A stretch of DNA of 64,000 nt from Candidatus Zhuqueibacterota bacterium. Lineage in GTDB: Bacteria > Zhuqueibacterota > Zhuqueibacteria > Thermofontimicrobiales > Thermofontimicrobiaceae. The notes below the pieces were generated by a model, which worked only from the letters and a program-made list of their open reading frames with translations, was not told where the DNA came from and made no database searches. The position numbers were made by a program, and so were the translations under genes. Below, piece by piece: positions 39,195 through 47,815 of this stretch (positions are counted from its first letter, which is position 1; each line of letters begins with the position of its first letter). The stretch is taken from positions 160,001-224,000 of the forward strand of contig JBMOPW010000035.1 of the NCBI GenBank assembly GCA_049322915.1. The letters run 5' to 3'.

Positions 39195-39937
39195 TTGGCC
39201 GAGTCGAATCACGAACCGCAGATGAGCCTGTCCCTGAAGAAACCGATTCTGATTTTAAAGACAGGCCGCACCTTTCCCGAAATTCAATCGGTTCGAGGGG
39301 ATTTTGAAGAATGGATTATGCGCGGCGCAGGACTCGGCCCCGAACATTTTGTCATCGTTGACGTCTCTGCCGGCGAGCCGCTGCCGACGCACTTCGAATT
39401 TTCAGGAATCATCATACCCGGTTCCCACGCGATGGTCACAGACAAACTGGACTGGAGCGAGCGTTCCGCCCAATGGATTCCACAGGCGGTCGCGCGCAAA
39501 ATCCCCACGCGTTGGGCGGCAAAGTTGATTACAATCCCAAAGGAATCGAATTCGGCACGGCGCTGATCCATTTAACCCGACAGGCGCACAGCGACCCGCT
39601 ATTTTCAGAGCTGCCGGTTGAAGTCTCATTTCAGGTTTCCCATTCGCAGTCTGCGCTGGAATTGCCGCCGGGCGCTGAACTGCTTGCTTTTAATGAGGTG
39701 GAACCGCACCATGGATTTCGCTACGGCGATCGCGTGTGGGGCGTCCAGTTTCATCCGGAGTTTGACGCAGATCTCATGCGCCGCCATTTGATCGCGGTGG
39801 CGGATCGACTCAGAGCGGCGGGCAAAAACGTGGAGGCGCTGATCAGGGATTGCACAGAGTCGCCCCATGGCTCGGCTTTGCTCAGGCAATTCATTTCGAT
39901 TGTCCGGAAATGTCAGGACGATGCAGCGGCATCCTGA
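39195..39937 (+). pseudogene. Class I glutamine amidotransferase-like gene, frameshifted and missing the catalytic-Cys segment
   Basis: 5' frame ILKTG..GDFEEWI..PGSHAMVTD..KIPT joins another frame HALGGKV..SHSQ..GVQFHPEF; expected LGICxGxQ is absent at the junction near 39504-39510. Confidence 0.85.
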
Positions 39938-40097
39938 ACCGCGACGCGCGATTGAACGCCGAATGCACCAGGGGCAAAAAAATCCACTCGCGGCGACATG
40001 CGCAGCCATTTCATTTCTGATGTGAGATGTCTTTATTCTTTTTAATTTTTTGCAAATAACTCGTACCGTTCCATCCCACTACAACCAGGAGTTCTAT

Positions 40098-41888
40098 ATG
40101 CAATTGTATCCCATTGACTGGGCTATTGTCATTTCCTACTTCGTTTTTTCTCTCGTCATTGGACTCGCTGTCGCGCGAAAAGCCGGTTCCAGCTCAGCGG
40201 AATTCTTTCTCTCAGGGCGTAACATGCCCTGGTGGCTATTAGGAATTTCCATGGTCGCCACGACCTTTTCCACGGACACGCCCAATCTTGTCACCGACAT
40301 GGTGCGGCAAAATGGCGTGGCCGGCAACTGGGCCTGGTGGGCGTTCCTTTTGACGGGCATGCTCACCGTCTTCGTGTACGCTAAATTGTGGCGTCGATCC
40401 GGGGTGCTCACTGATCTCGAATTTTACGAGTTGCGCTACAGCGGAAAAGCGGCCGCTTTTCTCCGGGGATTTCGTGCGCTTTATCTGGGGGTATTTTTCA
40501 ACATCCTCATCATGGCTTCGGTCTCGCTGGCCATGATAAAAATCGGCGGCGTGCTACTGGATCTAAGCCCGGTCAAAACCCTGCTCATCGCCCTGTTCAT
40601 CACCATGATTTACAGCGCCATCGGCGGATTGAGCGGTGTGCTGTATACGGATTTCTTCCAATTCATCATCGCGATGATCGGTTCCATCGGCGCTGCAATG
40701 ATCGTTCTGAAGCTGCCGGCGATCAATGGACTGGAAAACCTCCTGTCGAACCCGGCAGTTGTGCCTAAATTGAATCTTTTGCCGGACTTCACAAATACCG
40801 ACGCGCTCATCACCCTGCTCGTCATCCCTCTGGCCGTGCAATGGTGGAGCGTCTGGTATCCGGGGTCCGAGCCTGGCGGCGGCGGATATATCGCCCAACG
40901 CATGCTGTCTGCCAGGGACGAAAAACACGCAATCGGCGCCACCCTCCTGTTCAATGCGGCGCATTACGCATTGCGCCCCTGGCCCTGGATCATTGTGGCG
41001 TTGAGTTCGATGATTATATTCCCGGACCTGGAATCGCTCAGGACGGCCTTCCCTAAAGTCGATCCCGGCGTGATCAGACATGATTTGGCCTATCCGGCCA
41101 TGCTGACTTTCATGCCGCGCGGGTTTCTGGGATTGATCGTGGCTTCGCTCATCGCTGCGTTCATGTCCACGATTTCAACCCATCTGAATTGGGGCTCTTC
41201 CTATATAGTCAATGATTTTTATAAGCGCTTCATCAATCCGACTGCGCAAGAAAAAACGCTGGTATTCATCGGCCGTATTTCAACGGTCGTGCTGGTGATC
41301 TTCACAGGATTTTTAGCCCTGCTGCTCAGCAATGCCTTGCAGGCGTTTCAAATTTTGTTGCAAATCGGCGCAGGCACCGGCCTGCTATTCATCCTCCGAT
41401 GGTTCTGGTGGCGGATCAATCCGTACAGCGAATTGACAGCAATGATCGTTTCATTTGTCATCGCCATTTACTTTCAAATCATCCACCCGCACACCGGACT
41501 GCCTGCCACCTCAGCGCACATCCAGTTGGTGATCGGAGTCGCCGTCACGACTATCGCCTGGATTACAGCGACGCTGCTCACGCCGCCATCGGATGCAAAA
41601 ACACTGCGCTCATTTTACCGACTGGTGCTACCGGGAGGCCCTGGCTGGAAACGTATCGTCGCACAGGCCGTGCAGGATAACGATCCCATTGCGCCAGGTA
41701 AAAAGGGCTGGGATGTTCCTATGGGCATGTTGGCAATGGTGTTCGCTTGCTTTGCAGTCTACAGCGCGCTGTTTGCAACTGGCTACTGGATTTACGACCA
41801 ACCCGGGCCAGCAGCTATTTTGACCGCTATAGGAATTATAGCAATTATTATTTTGATAATACTTTGGCGAAAAATGCAGACAGAATAG
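40098..41888 (+). CDS. Sodium:solute symporter (SSS) family transporter
   Basis: EFFLSGRNMPWWLLGISMVATTFSTDTP, YIAQRMLSA, AAFMSTISTHLNWGSS; many TM helices; AGGAG RBS. Confidence 0.92.
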   Translation: MQLYPIDWAIVISYFVFSLVIGLAVARKAGSSSAEFFLSGRNMPWWLLGISMVATTFSTDTPNLVTDMVRQNGVAGNWAWWAFLLTGMLTVFVYAKLWRRSGVLTDLEFYELRYSGKAAAFLRGFRALYLGVFFNILIMASVSLAMIKIGGVLLDLSPVKTLLIALFITMIYSAIGGLSGVLYTDFFQFIIAMIGSIGAAMIVLKLPAINGLENLLSNPAVVPKLNLLPDFTNTDALITLLVIPLAVQWWSVWYPGSEPGGGGYIAQRMLSARDEKHAIGATLLFNAAHYALRPWPWIIVALSSMIIFPDLESLRTAFPKVDPGVIRHDLAYPAMLTFMPRGFLGLIVASLIAAFMSTISTHLNWGSSYIVNDFYKRFINPTAQEKTLVFIGRISTVVLVIFTGFLALLLSNALQAFQILLQIGAGTGLLFILRWFWWRINPYSELTAMIVSFVIAIYFQIIHPHTGLPATSAHIQLVIGVAVTTIAWITATLLTPPSDAKTLRSFYRLVLPGGPGWKRIVAQAVQDNDPIAPGKKGWDVPMGMLAMVFACFAVYSALFATGYWIYDQPGPAAILTAIGIIAIIILIILWRKMQTE

Positions 41889-41953
41889 TGGCATCCACCA
41901 ATTACGGCAAGAAATAGTCTCTCAATTAATGAACCTAAAAGAAGCGACTCACT

Positions 41954-42086
41954 GTTAGCTTTCAGCGTTCAGCGACATGAAAAACAGCATGTTCAGATGG
42001 AATCACCCCATCATCGAAATAGTGAAACCTTGCAAATGTTACTATTTATAGTTTTTGAAAAAGCTGAATGCTGTTCGCTGATCGCT
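41954..42086. repeat. Inverted pair of degenerate 7-bp arrays (TCAGCnn ... GCTGAnn)
   Basis: TTAGCTT-TCAGCGT-TCAGCGA vs GCTGAAT-GCTGTTC-GCTGATC. Confidence 0.6.
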
Positions 42087-42110
42087 CCATTCAGGATGAA
42101 ATAAAAAATC

Positions 42111-42842
42111 ATGGCAAAGAAAAACTACTACGTTGTCTTTATTGGACGGAGCCCTGGCATTTATAAAGAATGGTTCGGCGAAAAGGGCGCTGAGGCGCAA
42201 ATCACCGGATTTTCCGGCGCGCGATACAAGGGCTTTGCGACCTTAGGCGAAGCCAAACAGGCGCTGAATCAATTCAAGAAGACGAATGTAATGACGCCTG
42301 CAAAAAAGCCACCGGTGCAATACGAACCGCTTATTCCGCAGCCCGAGCCGGGGCGGCGTCACATTTTAATGTATACTGATGGCGGGTGTATCGGCAATCC
42401 CGGGCCAGGCGGGTACGGCGTGGTCATTATGAACGGCGAAAAGAAACGAGAAATCTCCGGCGGCTTTCGGCACACGACAAACAACCGCATGGAATTATCA
42501 GCGTGTATTCTTGGCTTGCAGGCGTTGAAAACCGCTTCGAACGTCATGCTGCACAGCGACTCGAGATACGTGGTTTACGGAATGACCAAAGGCTGGGCGC
42601 AACGCTGGCGGAGCCGAAATTGGATGCGCACGAAAATCGAGCCGGCCGAGAATGCCGATCTCTGGGCTCAACTGCTCCAATTGTGCGAGAGACATCGCGT
42701 CCAATTTGTCTGGGTGAAAGGACATGCCGGGCATCCGGAAAACGAACGATGCGATGAACTGGCGACCAGGGCGGCTCGTCAGCCTGACCTGCCGGCAGAT
42801 GTCGCCTTTGAATCCGGCCAGACCATCCTTAACAACTGCTAG
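42111..42842 (+). CDS. rnhA: Ribonuclease HI with N-terminal hybrid-binding (viroplasmin-like) domain
   Basis: YYVVFIGRSPGIYKEW...GARYKGF; YTDGGCIGNPGPGGYG, TTNNRMEL, SDSRY, NADLW, WVKGHAGHPENERCDELA. Confidence 0.95.
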   Translation: MAKKNYYVVFIGRSPGIYKEWFGEKGAEAQITGFSGARYKGFATLGEAKQALNQFKKTNVMTPAKKPPVQYEPLIPQPEPGRRHILMYTDGGCIGNPGPGGYGVVIMNGEKKREISGGFRHTTNNRMELSACILGLQALKTASNVMLHSDSRYVVYGMTKGWAQRWRSRNWMRTKIEPAENADLWAQLLQLCERHRVQFVWVKGHAGHPENERCDELATRAARQPDLPADVAFESGQTILNNC

Positions 42843-43338
42843 CTCTCCCGGCCTTTTCACATTTTGAACTTAACTGCAAATACTTCATCTTCCGACAAAT
42901 GGCCCGGTTGAGTCAGATCGGGCCTGTCCGAATCCTCCGCCATTCAGCAGCGTCAGCCGTCCGGGCAATCGAGTAACCAGGCTGAATGAATCCGAGCATG
43001 GTTCGCTTGTTGAGAGACGCACCAAATATTTTTCCAGCCGGGAAAAAGTGACTTCTTCAGCGCCTGGCGCCCACTTTGAATTGAGAAAAAATTTCTCTGT
43101 AAAGGCGAATGTTGCCTGAATTGTTGTAAGCCAAAAAACGCGACCCGGCATCCTCAATTTTTACCTATTTAATAATCCGCTAATTTTCAAAAGATTAAAC
43201 CATTCCATTTTTATAACAGGCAATCGTGGATTCTGGTATAAGAATTGCGCTGGATAAAATCATGGCATAGTCTGCGATGCGATGTACGTGATAAATCGAG
43301 ATGAGAGAGAAAAAGAAAAACATGTAGGGAGAGTTGAA

Positions 43339-43869
43339 ATGGAGTATATAGTATTTCGAATTTTGAGGCTGATGGACCGGGAAATTTCCGTTTATCAGAA
43401 ACTATTTTCATGTGCAGACACACAAAACAAACTTATTTTGGATGATGATCTTGTCGATCTGATGGTCATTATGGTCAAGCAGAAAGAATTGATCGATCAG
43501 GTGACCCTGATTGAGAACGAAATCACGGAGGAAGTGAACGAACTTGGCCGGACGCTATCCGACTCAGGCTCTGCCCAGACCAGCTTTGCCATGAGCGATA
43601 TATTTGGTCTGCTGCAAAAAAAGCATAGCAAGCTCACTGAATTGCTGAAAGACAAATGCAATATTTTGAACCTGCTCATCGATCGCATCAATTTTTTAAA
43701 TTCGCAGAACATCGAATCCCTTCAGCAATGCCAGAATACCTCGCACAGCGATTCGTGGAAAGGCTTGCAATTCAGCAACGGACAGGAGTTCTCGGAGGAG
43801 CTCATCAATTTTGATATGGACTTCATCAATACCAACGAAACCGTACTGGAGAAACTGCGTCCGCAATAA
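43339..43869 (+). CDS. Helical coiled-coil protein, FlgN-like
   Basis: L..E...Y.KL....KQ..L...D...L......KQKELI..V..IE pattern and N..N..L near the C-terminus; GGGAG RBS. Confidence 0.55.
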   Translation: MEYIVFRILRLMDREISVYQKLFSCADTQNKLILDDDLVDLMVIMVKQKELIDQVTLIENEITEEVNELGRTLSDSGSAQTSFAMSDIFGLLQKKHSKLTELLKDKCNILNLLIDRINFLNSQNIESLQQCQNTSHSDSWKGLQFSNGQEFSEELINFDMDFINTNETVLEKLRPQ

Positions 43870-43893
43870 TAATCCCGATATTCTTAGTGCTAC

Positions 43894-43932
43894 AAAAAAG
43901 GCGAGAATTGCATTTGCGTTCTCGCCTTTTTT
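43894..43932. terminator. Bidirectional rho-independent terminator
   Basis: AAAAAAGGCGAGAA / TTCTCGCCTTTTTT between convergent genes. Confidence 0.85.
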
Positions 43933-43954
43933 TTACTTCATCAATTTGAAAAAA

Positions 43955-46270
43955 CTACTTCAGGAGAAGCATTTTCATTGTCTTCGAATAATCGCCAGCT
44001 TCGATTCGGTAGAAGTAAATACCACCGGATACATTGCGACCGGTGTAGTCTTTGGCATCCCAGGAAACGGAGTAATTGCCAGCGACTTTGTATCCATTCA
44101 CCAGGGTGGCAACTTCCTGTCCCAGCATGTTATAAACTCTCACCGTAACCATCGAGAATTTCGGGATCGAATAGGTGATCATCGTGGTCGGGTTGAACGG
44201 GTTGGGATAGTTCTGACCCAGCGAATAGTTTTCCGGCCGAACCGTGCCGGTAATTAAATCATCAACCGCCAATTTAATCGGGGGTTCTTCCACATCGAGC
44301 GGTGGGTCTTCCGTGAATGTATCTGTCGGGAATACCCATGCATTTGGGAATGTACCATCCACGTTGGGTTCGATATAGCGAGTGCGATACCGGCCGAAAT
44401 CAAATCCGCCGCCTTCGACGATATCACCATACTTAAACGCATATTCCATACCGTAAATCGTTGGGCCGTGAATCTGGAACGAACCAGTGTAAATGAGGTC
44501 GCCATCCGGATCGGTGAATTCAGCAAGCGTATCGGCGTAAGGGACATATCCCTGGCCGACTGCCCAATGGGGATCTTGCGGCTGAATTTTCACTGTATCT
44601 GTGGCAGGATTGAACGGTACGGCAAGAGTCAATGCCGGATTCATGTCGACATTGAATGTCAGGGTGATAACCTGTCCTAAAGGAATCACACCGCCATGAG
44701 GAATATCGTTCATGTATGAAATCGGAGCTTCCTGATTGGGAGTGCCCGCAAATTTCAGGAATCGGTTACCACCGCCCTGGGTGTAAGGCACTTCATAACC
44801 CCAGTCAGCTTCCTTCCATTTTGATGTATCGGCGTAATTGATGTAGTATTTGTAATACACATTGTCACCAACAATTCCTTTGTTGGTCATGATGCGTTCG
44901 TACATCATTGTGCCGGGGAATCGTTCCAGGTAATCGCCAGAAGCCCAGCCATTAAAGCCGCCGCGGATCATCAAGGAATCCAGGTTACGATCGAAGAATC
45001 CAGCGTTTTCCCAGACTTCCATATCGACGGTGAACAGGATGGCGCCTTCTTTGGTCACGCCACTGAATTCATCATCGCGATCGAAATAAACCGGGTCCAG
45101 TGTTGTATTAACACCAGGATTGGCCAATTCGCGGTTGGGATCGCCTTCCCACATGTCTGTGCCATCGGCTTTGTGAATCACGTACTTGTAGTAGAGAGTC
45201 GGTTCTGTACCAACGTTAGCAGCGACAGAATAGATGCTATCTGCATCAGCATCGAGTAATTCATCGGCATTGCCAGCCCAGCCGTTGAAATTGCCGCGAA
45301 TAACGATGATATCCGAACCGGGGACGAATACTTCTTCGCGCATTTTAATGCTCATGTCGCACTGGAACGTGACAAACACATCGCCGGGAGGAGTATACTG
45401 ATCGTCGCGATCAAAGAAAACCACGGGCAGTGTCTGGGTTCCGCTATTGGCGAATTCGCGATTGGGATCGCTTTCCCACACATCGCTGCCATCGGCTTTG
45501 TGAATCACATGTTTATAGTAAATCGTCGCTTCCATTGTGCCGACATTGAAGGTGCCGGTGTAAATGGTGTCAGCATTGGCATCAGTCAACTGCTCATTGT
45601 TGCCGCCCCAGCCGTTGAAATTACCGCGAACAACCACGATATCTCCAGCCGGATCGAATGACGCTTCGCGCTGTTTGATGCTCATGTCGCACTGGAACGT
45701 TACCATATTGCCGACGCCAACCACATTGATCGGATTCGCCAGATTGACGGCGTAATACGTTGGGTCTGTGAAATCCAGAGCCGCATTGGTGACAAAGTAA
45801 CCAATGTTGTAATCGCCGGATGTATTGCCGACGGTAAAATCAACGTAAAGATCAGCATAGCCTGTATCCAGAGCCGCGGCAAACGGTTGAGAGGACTGGT
45901 AGACAACCCAGTTCATTCCGGCCGGCGCCGGATAGCGTACGTTCAACGAGTCGGTCCAGTAATCGACCTGGCCGCCCGGATCGTTATCCGCGCTATCCGG
46001 ATGCAGGAATGTGCAAAAATCCGGACCGTAATCGCCTGAGAAAAATACTGAATCTACAACCCAGCCGGTGGGAATTAACAATCCGACGATGCCGTAGTGC
46101 GCATTCGCGTCTATACCCTCTGTACGAACTTCGAGGTAGGTCTGAATCTTGTCGCCACCATTGGCAGTCGTTGCCTGATCGATGCTTAAGATCGTAAAGC
46201 AACCGCTAATCAACGGGAGCAGCATTACGAGACTCAGCAAACCCAGTAATTTAGTAGTGTTGAGCTTCAT
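43955..46270 (-). CDS. Secreted protein with tandem CBM20/CBM48-like (putative starch-binding) modules and C-terminal T9SS-A/FlgD-Ig-type sorting domain
   Basis: Signal ending ISGC; repeated VTFQCDMS..RGNFNGW..YYK(H/Y)VI..WE; C-terminus QNYPNPFNPTTMITYSIP..VYNMLGQEV..WDAKD..SGGIYFYRI..KMLLLK; GGAGG RBS. Confidence 0.8.
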   Translation of the reverse strand: MKLNTTKLLGLLSLVMLLPLISGCFTILSIDQATTANGGDKIQTYLEVRTEGIDANAHYGIVGLLIPTGWVVDSVFFSGDYGPDFCTFLHPDSADNDPGGQVDYWTDSLNVRYPAPAGMNWVVYQSSQPFAAALDTGYADLYVDFTVGNTSGDYNIGYFVTNAALDFTDPTYYAVNLANPINVVGVGNMVTFQCDMSIKQREASFDPAGDIVVVRGNFNGWGGNNEQLTDANADTIYTGTFNVGTMEATIYYKHVIHKADGSDVWESDPNREFANSGTQTLPVVFFDRDDQYTPPGDVFVTFQCDMSIKMREEVFVPGSDIIVIRGNFNGWAGNADELLDADADSIYSVAANVGTEPTLYYKYVIHKADGTDMWEGDPNRELANPGVNTTLDPVYFDRDDEFSGVTKEGAILFTVDMEVWENAGFFDRNLDSLMIRGGFNGWASGDYLERFPGTMMYERIMTNKGIVGDNVYYKYYINYADTSKWKEADWGYEVPYTQGGGNRFLKFAGTPNQEAPISYMNDIPHGGVIPLGQVITLTFNVDMNPALTLAVPFNPATDTVKIQPQDPHWAVGQGYVPYADTLAEFTDPDGDLIYTGSFQIHGPTIYGMEYAFKYGDIVEGGGFDFGRYRTRYIEPNVDGTFPNAWVFPTDTFTEDPPLDVEEPPIKLAVDDLITGTVRPENYSLGQNYPNPFNPTTMITYSIPKFSMVTVRVYNMLGQEVATLVNGYKVAGNYSVSWDAKDYTGRNVSGGIYFYRIEAGDYSKTMKMLLLK

Positions 46271-46354
46271 CAATTTCCTCCAGATTTAGTTAATTGTGTA
46301 ACGGTTATTGGCAATAAACTTTGTTACAGCAACACTCCAGTTTTTAGAAATGAA

Positions 46355-46425
46355 ATCACCTCCTTTGAACAACCTGAATTGCGTCAAAGTTTCATGTATT
46401 CGTTGTTTTGAGCACCACCTCCTTT
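46355..46425 (-). promoter_or_regulatory. Two tandem full-length Shine-Dalgarno sequences in the leader, not coupled to the gene start
   Basis: Minus strand AAAGGAGGTG (46425-46416) and AAAGGAGGTGAT (46366-46355); the gene has its own GGAGG next to the ATG. Confidence 0.6.
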
Positions 46426-46768
46426 GGAGCATTAAATTCATATTTCTGAAATAAACGATCTCTGCCGCTTCCGAGTCTGTTCGAACAAGGATACCTGGTA
46501 CAGAATGATTGATCTTTCAACAACGGCCGTGGTCGCGCCTAATCGCCTGTGCCCATCACTTTCTTCCATGAACGCGATGTCAGATTTCAGTATCTTTCCG
46601 GCACAGCTCGCGATTAGCGCTGTCAGCGATGCTGCATTCAGCGCTAACAGTGTTCGATGCGCTTCGAGAAAATCGACAGGGCAAGCGACAATTCATCATG
46701 GTGACCCGGTTGGTCAGCCGTCACTGATTGAAAAGCGGTTAACGGCCGACCGATATTCTCAAACCAGG

Positions 46769-47800
46769 CTAAAACTTCACTGCCACAGTGAATTGGTGGA
46801 TATCATTCAAATGAACAAATTGCTCATAAGCGTAATCAATTTTCAAACGCCTTCCGCCATCCATAAAATAATTAAAACCAATGCCAACTCCATACTTTTC
46901 TTCGCGGTCTTTCATTCCCAGCGATTTAATGCCTCCGCGAAACGACACAATGTTCCGAAGCGTCGAATATTCGCCGCCGACATTGATCGACTCGGTATTA
47001 TCATTGGGATGCAGGCCATCCACAGCCAGGACCAGCCGATTGAAATCCGTATCGATGATATCTTTGGAAACGCCGATGCGCATGGTCAGCGGCAGATCGA
47101 ATTTATCGGTGGCAAGATAGGCATTGACGCTTTCATTATTGCCGGCCTGGCCGCCGGCAATGTCTTTCTGCACCAATAAATCATCTCCCAAAATTTGCAT
47201 CTTTTGGCCAAAATTGGAAATGCTCGCGCCGAGTTTCAATCCCTGGAAAGGCGTCACGAACAGCGTGCCAATATCCAGAGCGATACCACTGGCATTGGTA
47301 TTCCAGATATTCTCGGTGATGTATTTTGCTGTTGCGCCAATGGAAAAATTATCCGTCAGGTTGCGGGCGAACGTCAAGCCGGCGACAAAGCTCGCGGCGG
47401 AGAACGTTTCCCCGGTGCCCTCCGGATCGTATTCTGTGGTGATATCCATTTCATCCATGGTCATGGCGGTGAAACTCAAGCCAACGGTTCCGGCATTGCC
47501 CATGGAAATGGCCAGTCCGACGAAATCGAATCGGATATCTGCCAACCAGTTGGAATGCATGAACACAAATTCGTTTCGGTCCAATCGCGCAATGCCGGAC
47601 GGGTTCCAGTAAAGCGCTGTGGCATCATCGGCGACCGAAACAAATGCGCCGCCCATACCGAGCGCACGGGATCCGACCGGGATGCTGAGCACCTTTGCCG
47701 CCGTTGTCCCAATTTTCGTGACTTCCTGACTTTGAGCCGAAATCGATACAAGGAAAAGTACCAGCAGGCTCACAGCAACGCTTAATGTATATTTTCTCAC
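46769..47800 (-). CDS. PorV/PorQ-like (UPF0164) outer-membrane beta-barrel, copy 2
   Basis: KIGTTAAKVLSIPVGSRALGMGGAFV..DDATALYWNPSG, HSNWLAD, SNFG, terminal F; GTG start after AGGAG. Confidence 0.88.
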   Translation of the reverse strand: MRKYTLSVAVSLLVLFLVSISAQSQEVTKIGTTAAKVLSIPVGSRALGMGGAFVSVADDATALYWNPSGIARLDRNEFVFMHSNWLADIRFDFVGLAISMGNAGTVGLSFTAMTMDEMDITTEYDPEGTGETFSAASFVAGLTFARNLTDNFSIGATAKYITENIWNTNASGIALDIGTLFVTPFQGLKLGASISNFGQKMQILGDDLLVQKDIAGGQAGNNESVNAYLATDKFDLPLTMRIGVSKDIIDTDFNRLVLAVDGLHPNDNTESINVGGEYSTLRNIVSFRGGIKSLGMKDREEKYGVGIGFNYFMDGGRRLKIDYAYEQFVHLNDIHQFTVAVKF

Positions 47801-47815
47801 AGCGACTCTCCTGTT

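Noticed and set aside
39500..39515. Programmed ribosomal frameshift in the GATase gene
   Set aside because: No slippery heptamer, and a shift would not restore the missing catalytic LGIC segment.
42111..42290. Viral origin for the viroplasmin-like domain
   Set aside because: This hybrid-binding domain is a common N-terminal module of cellular RNase HI; no phage genes nearby.
42885..43157. 90-aa minus-strand ORF between rnhA and the FlgN-like gene
   Set aside because: TTG start and no recognisable domain; cannot be supported, though a small gene is not excluded.
43263..43281. TGGCAT...TGC as a sigma54 promoter before the FlgN-like gene
   Set aside because: GG-to-GC spacing is 8 or 13 nt, not the required 10.
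46355..46366. ATCACCTCCTTT matches the 16S rRNA 3' end
   Set aside because: No upstream 16S sequence (no helix 44/45 motifs); better read as a minus-strand SD box.
46505..47179. 224-aa plus-strand ORF
   Set aside because: Mostly antisense to the PorV-like gene; no clear RBS or family motif.
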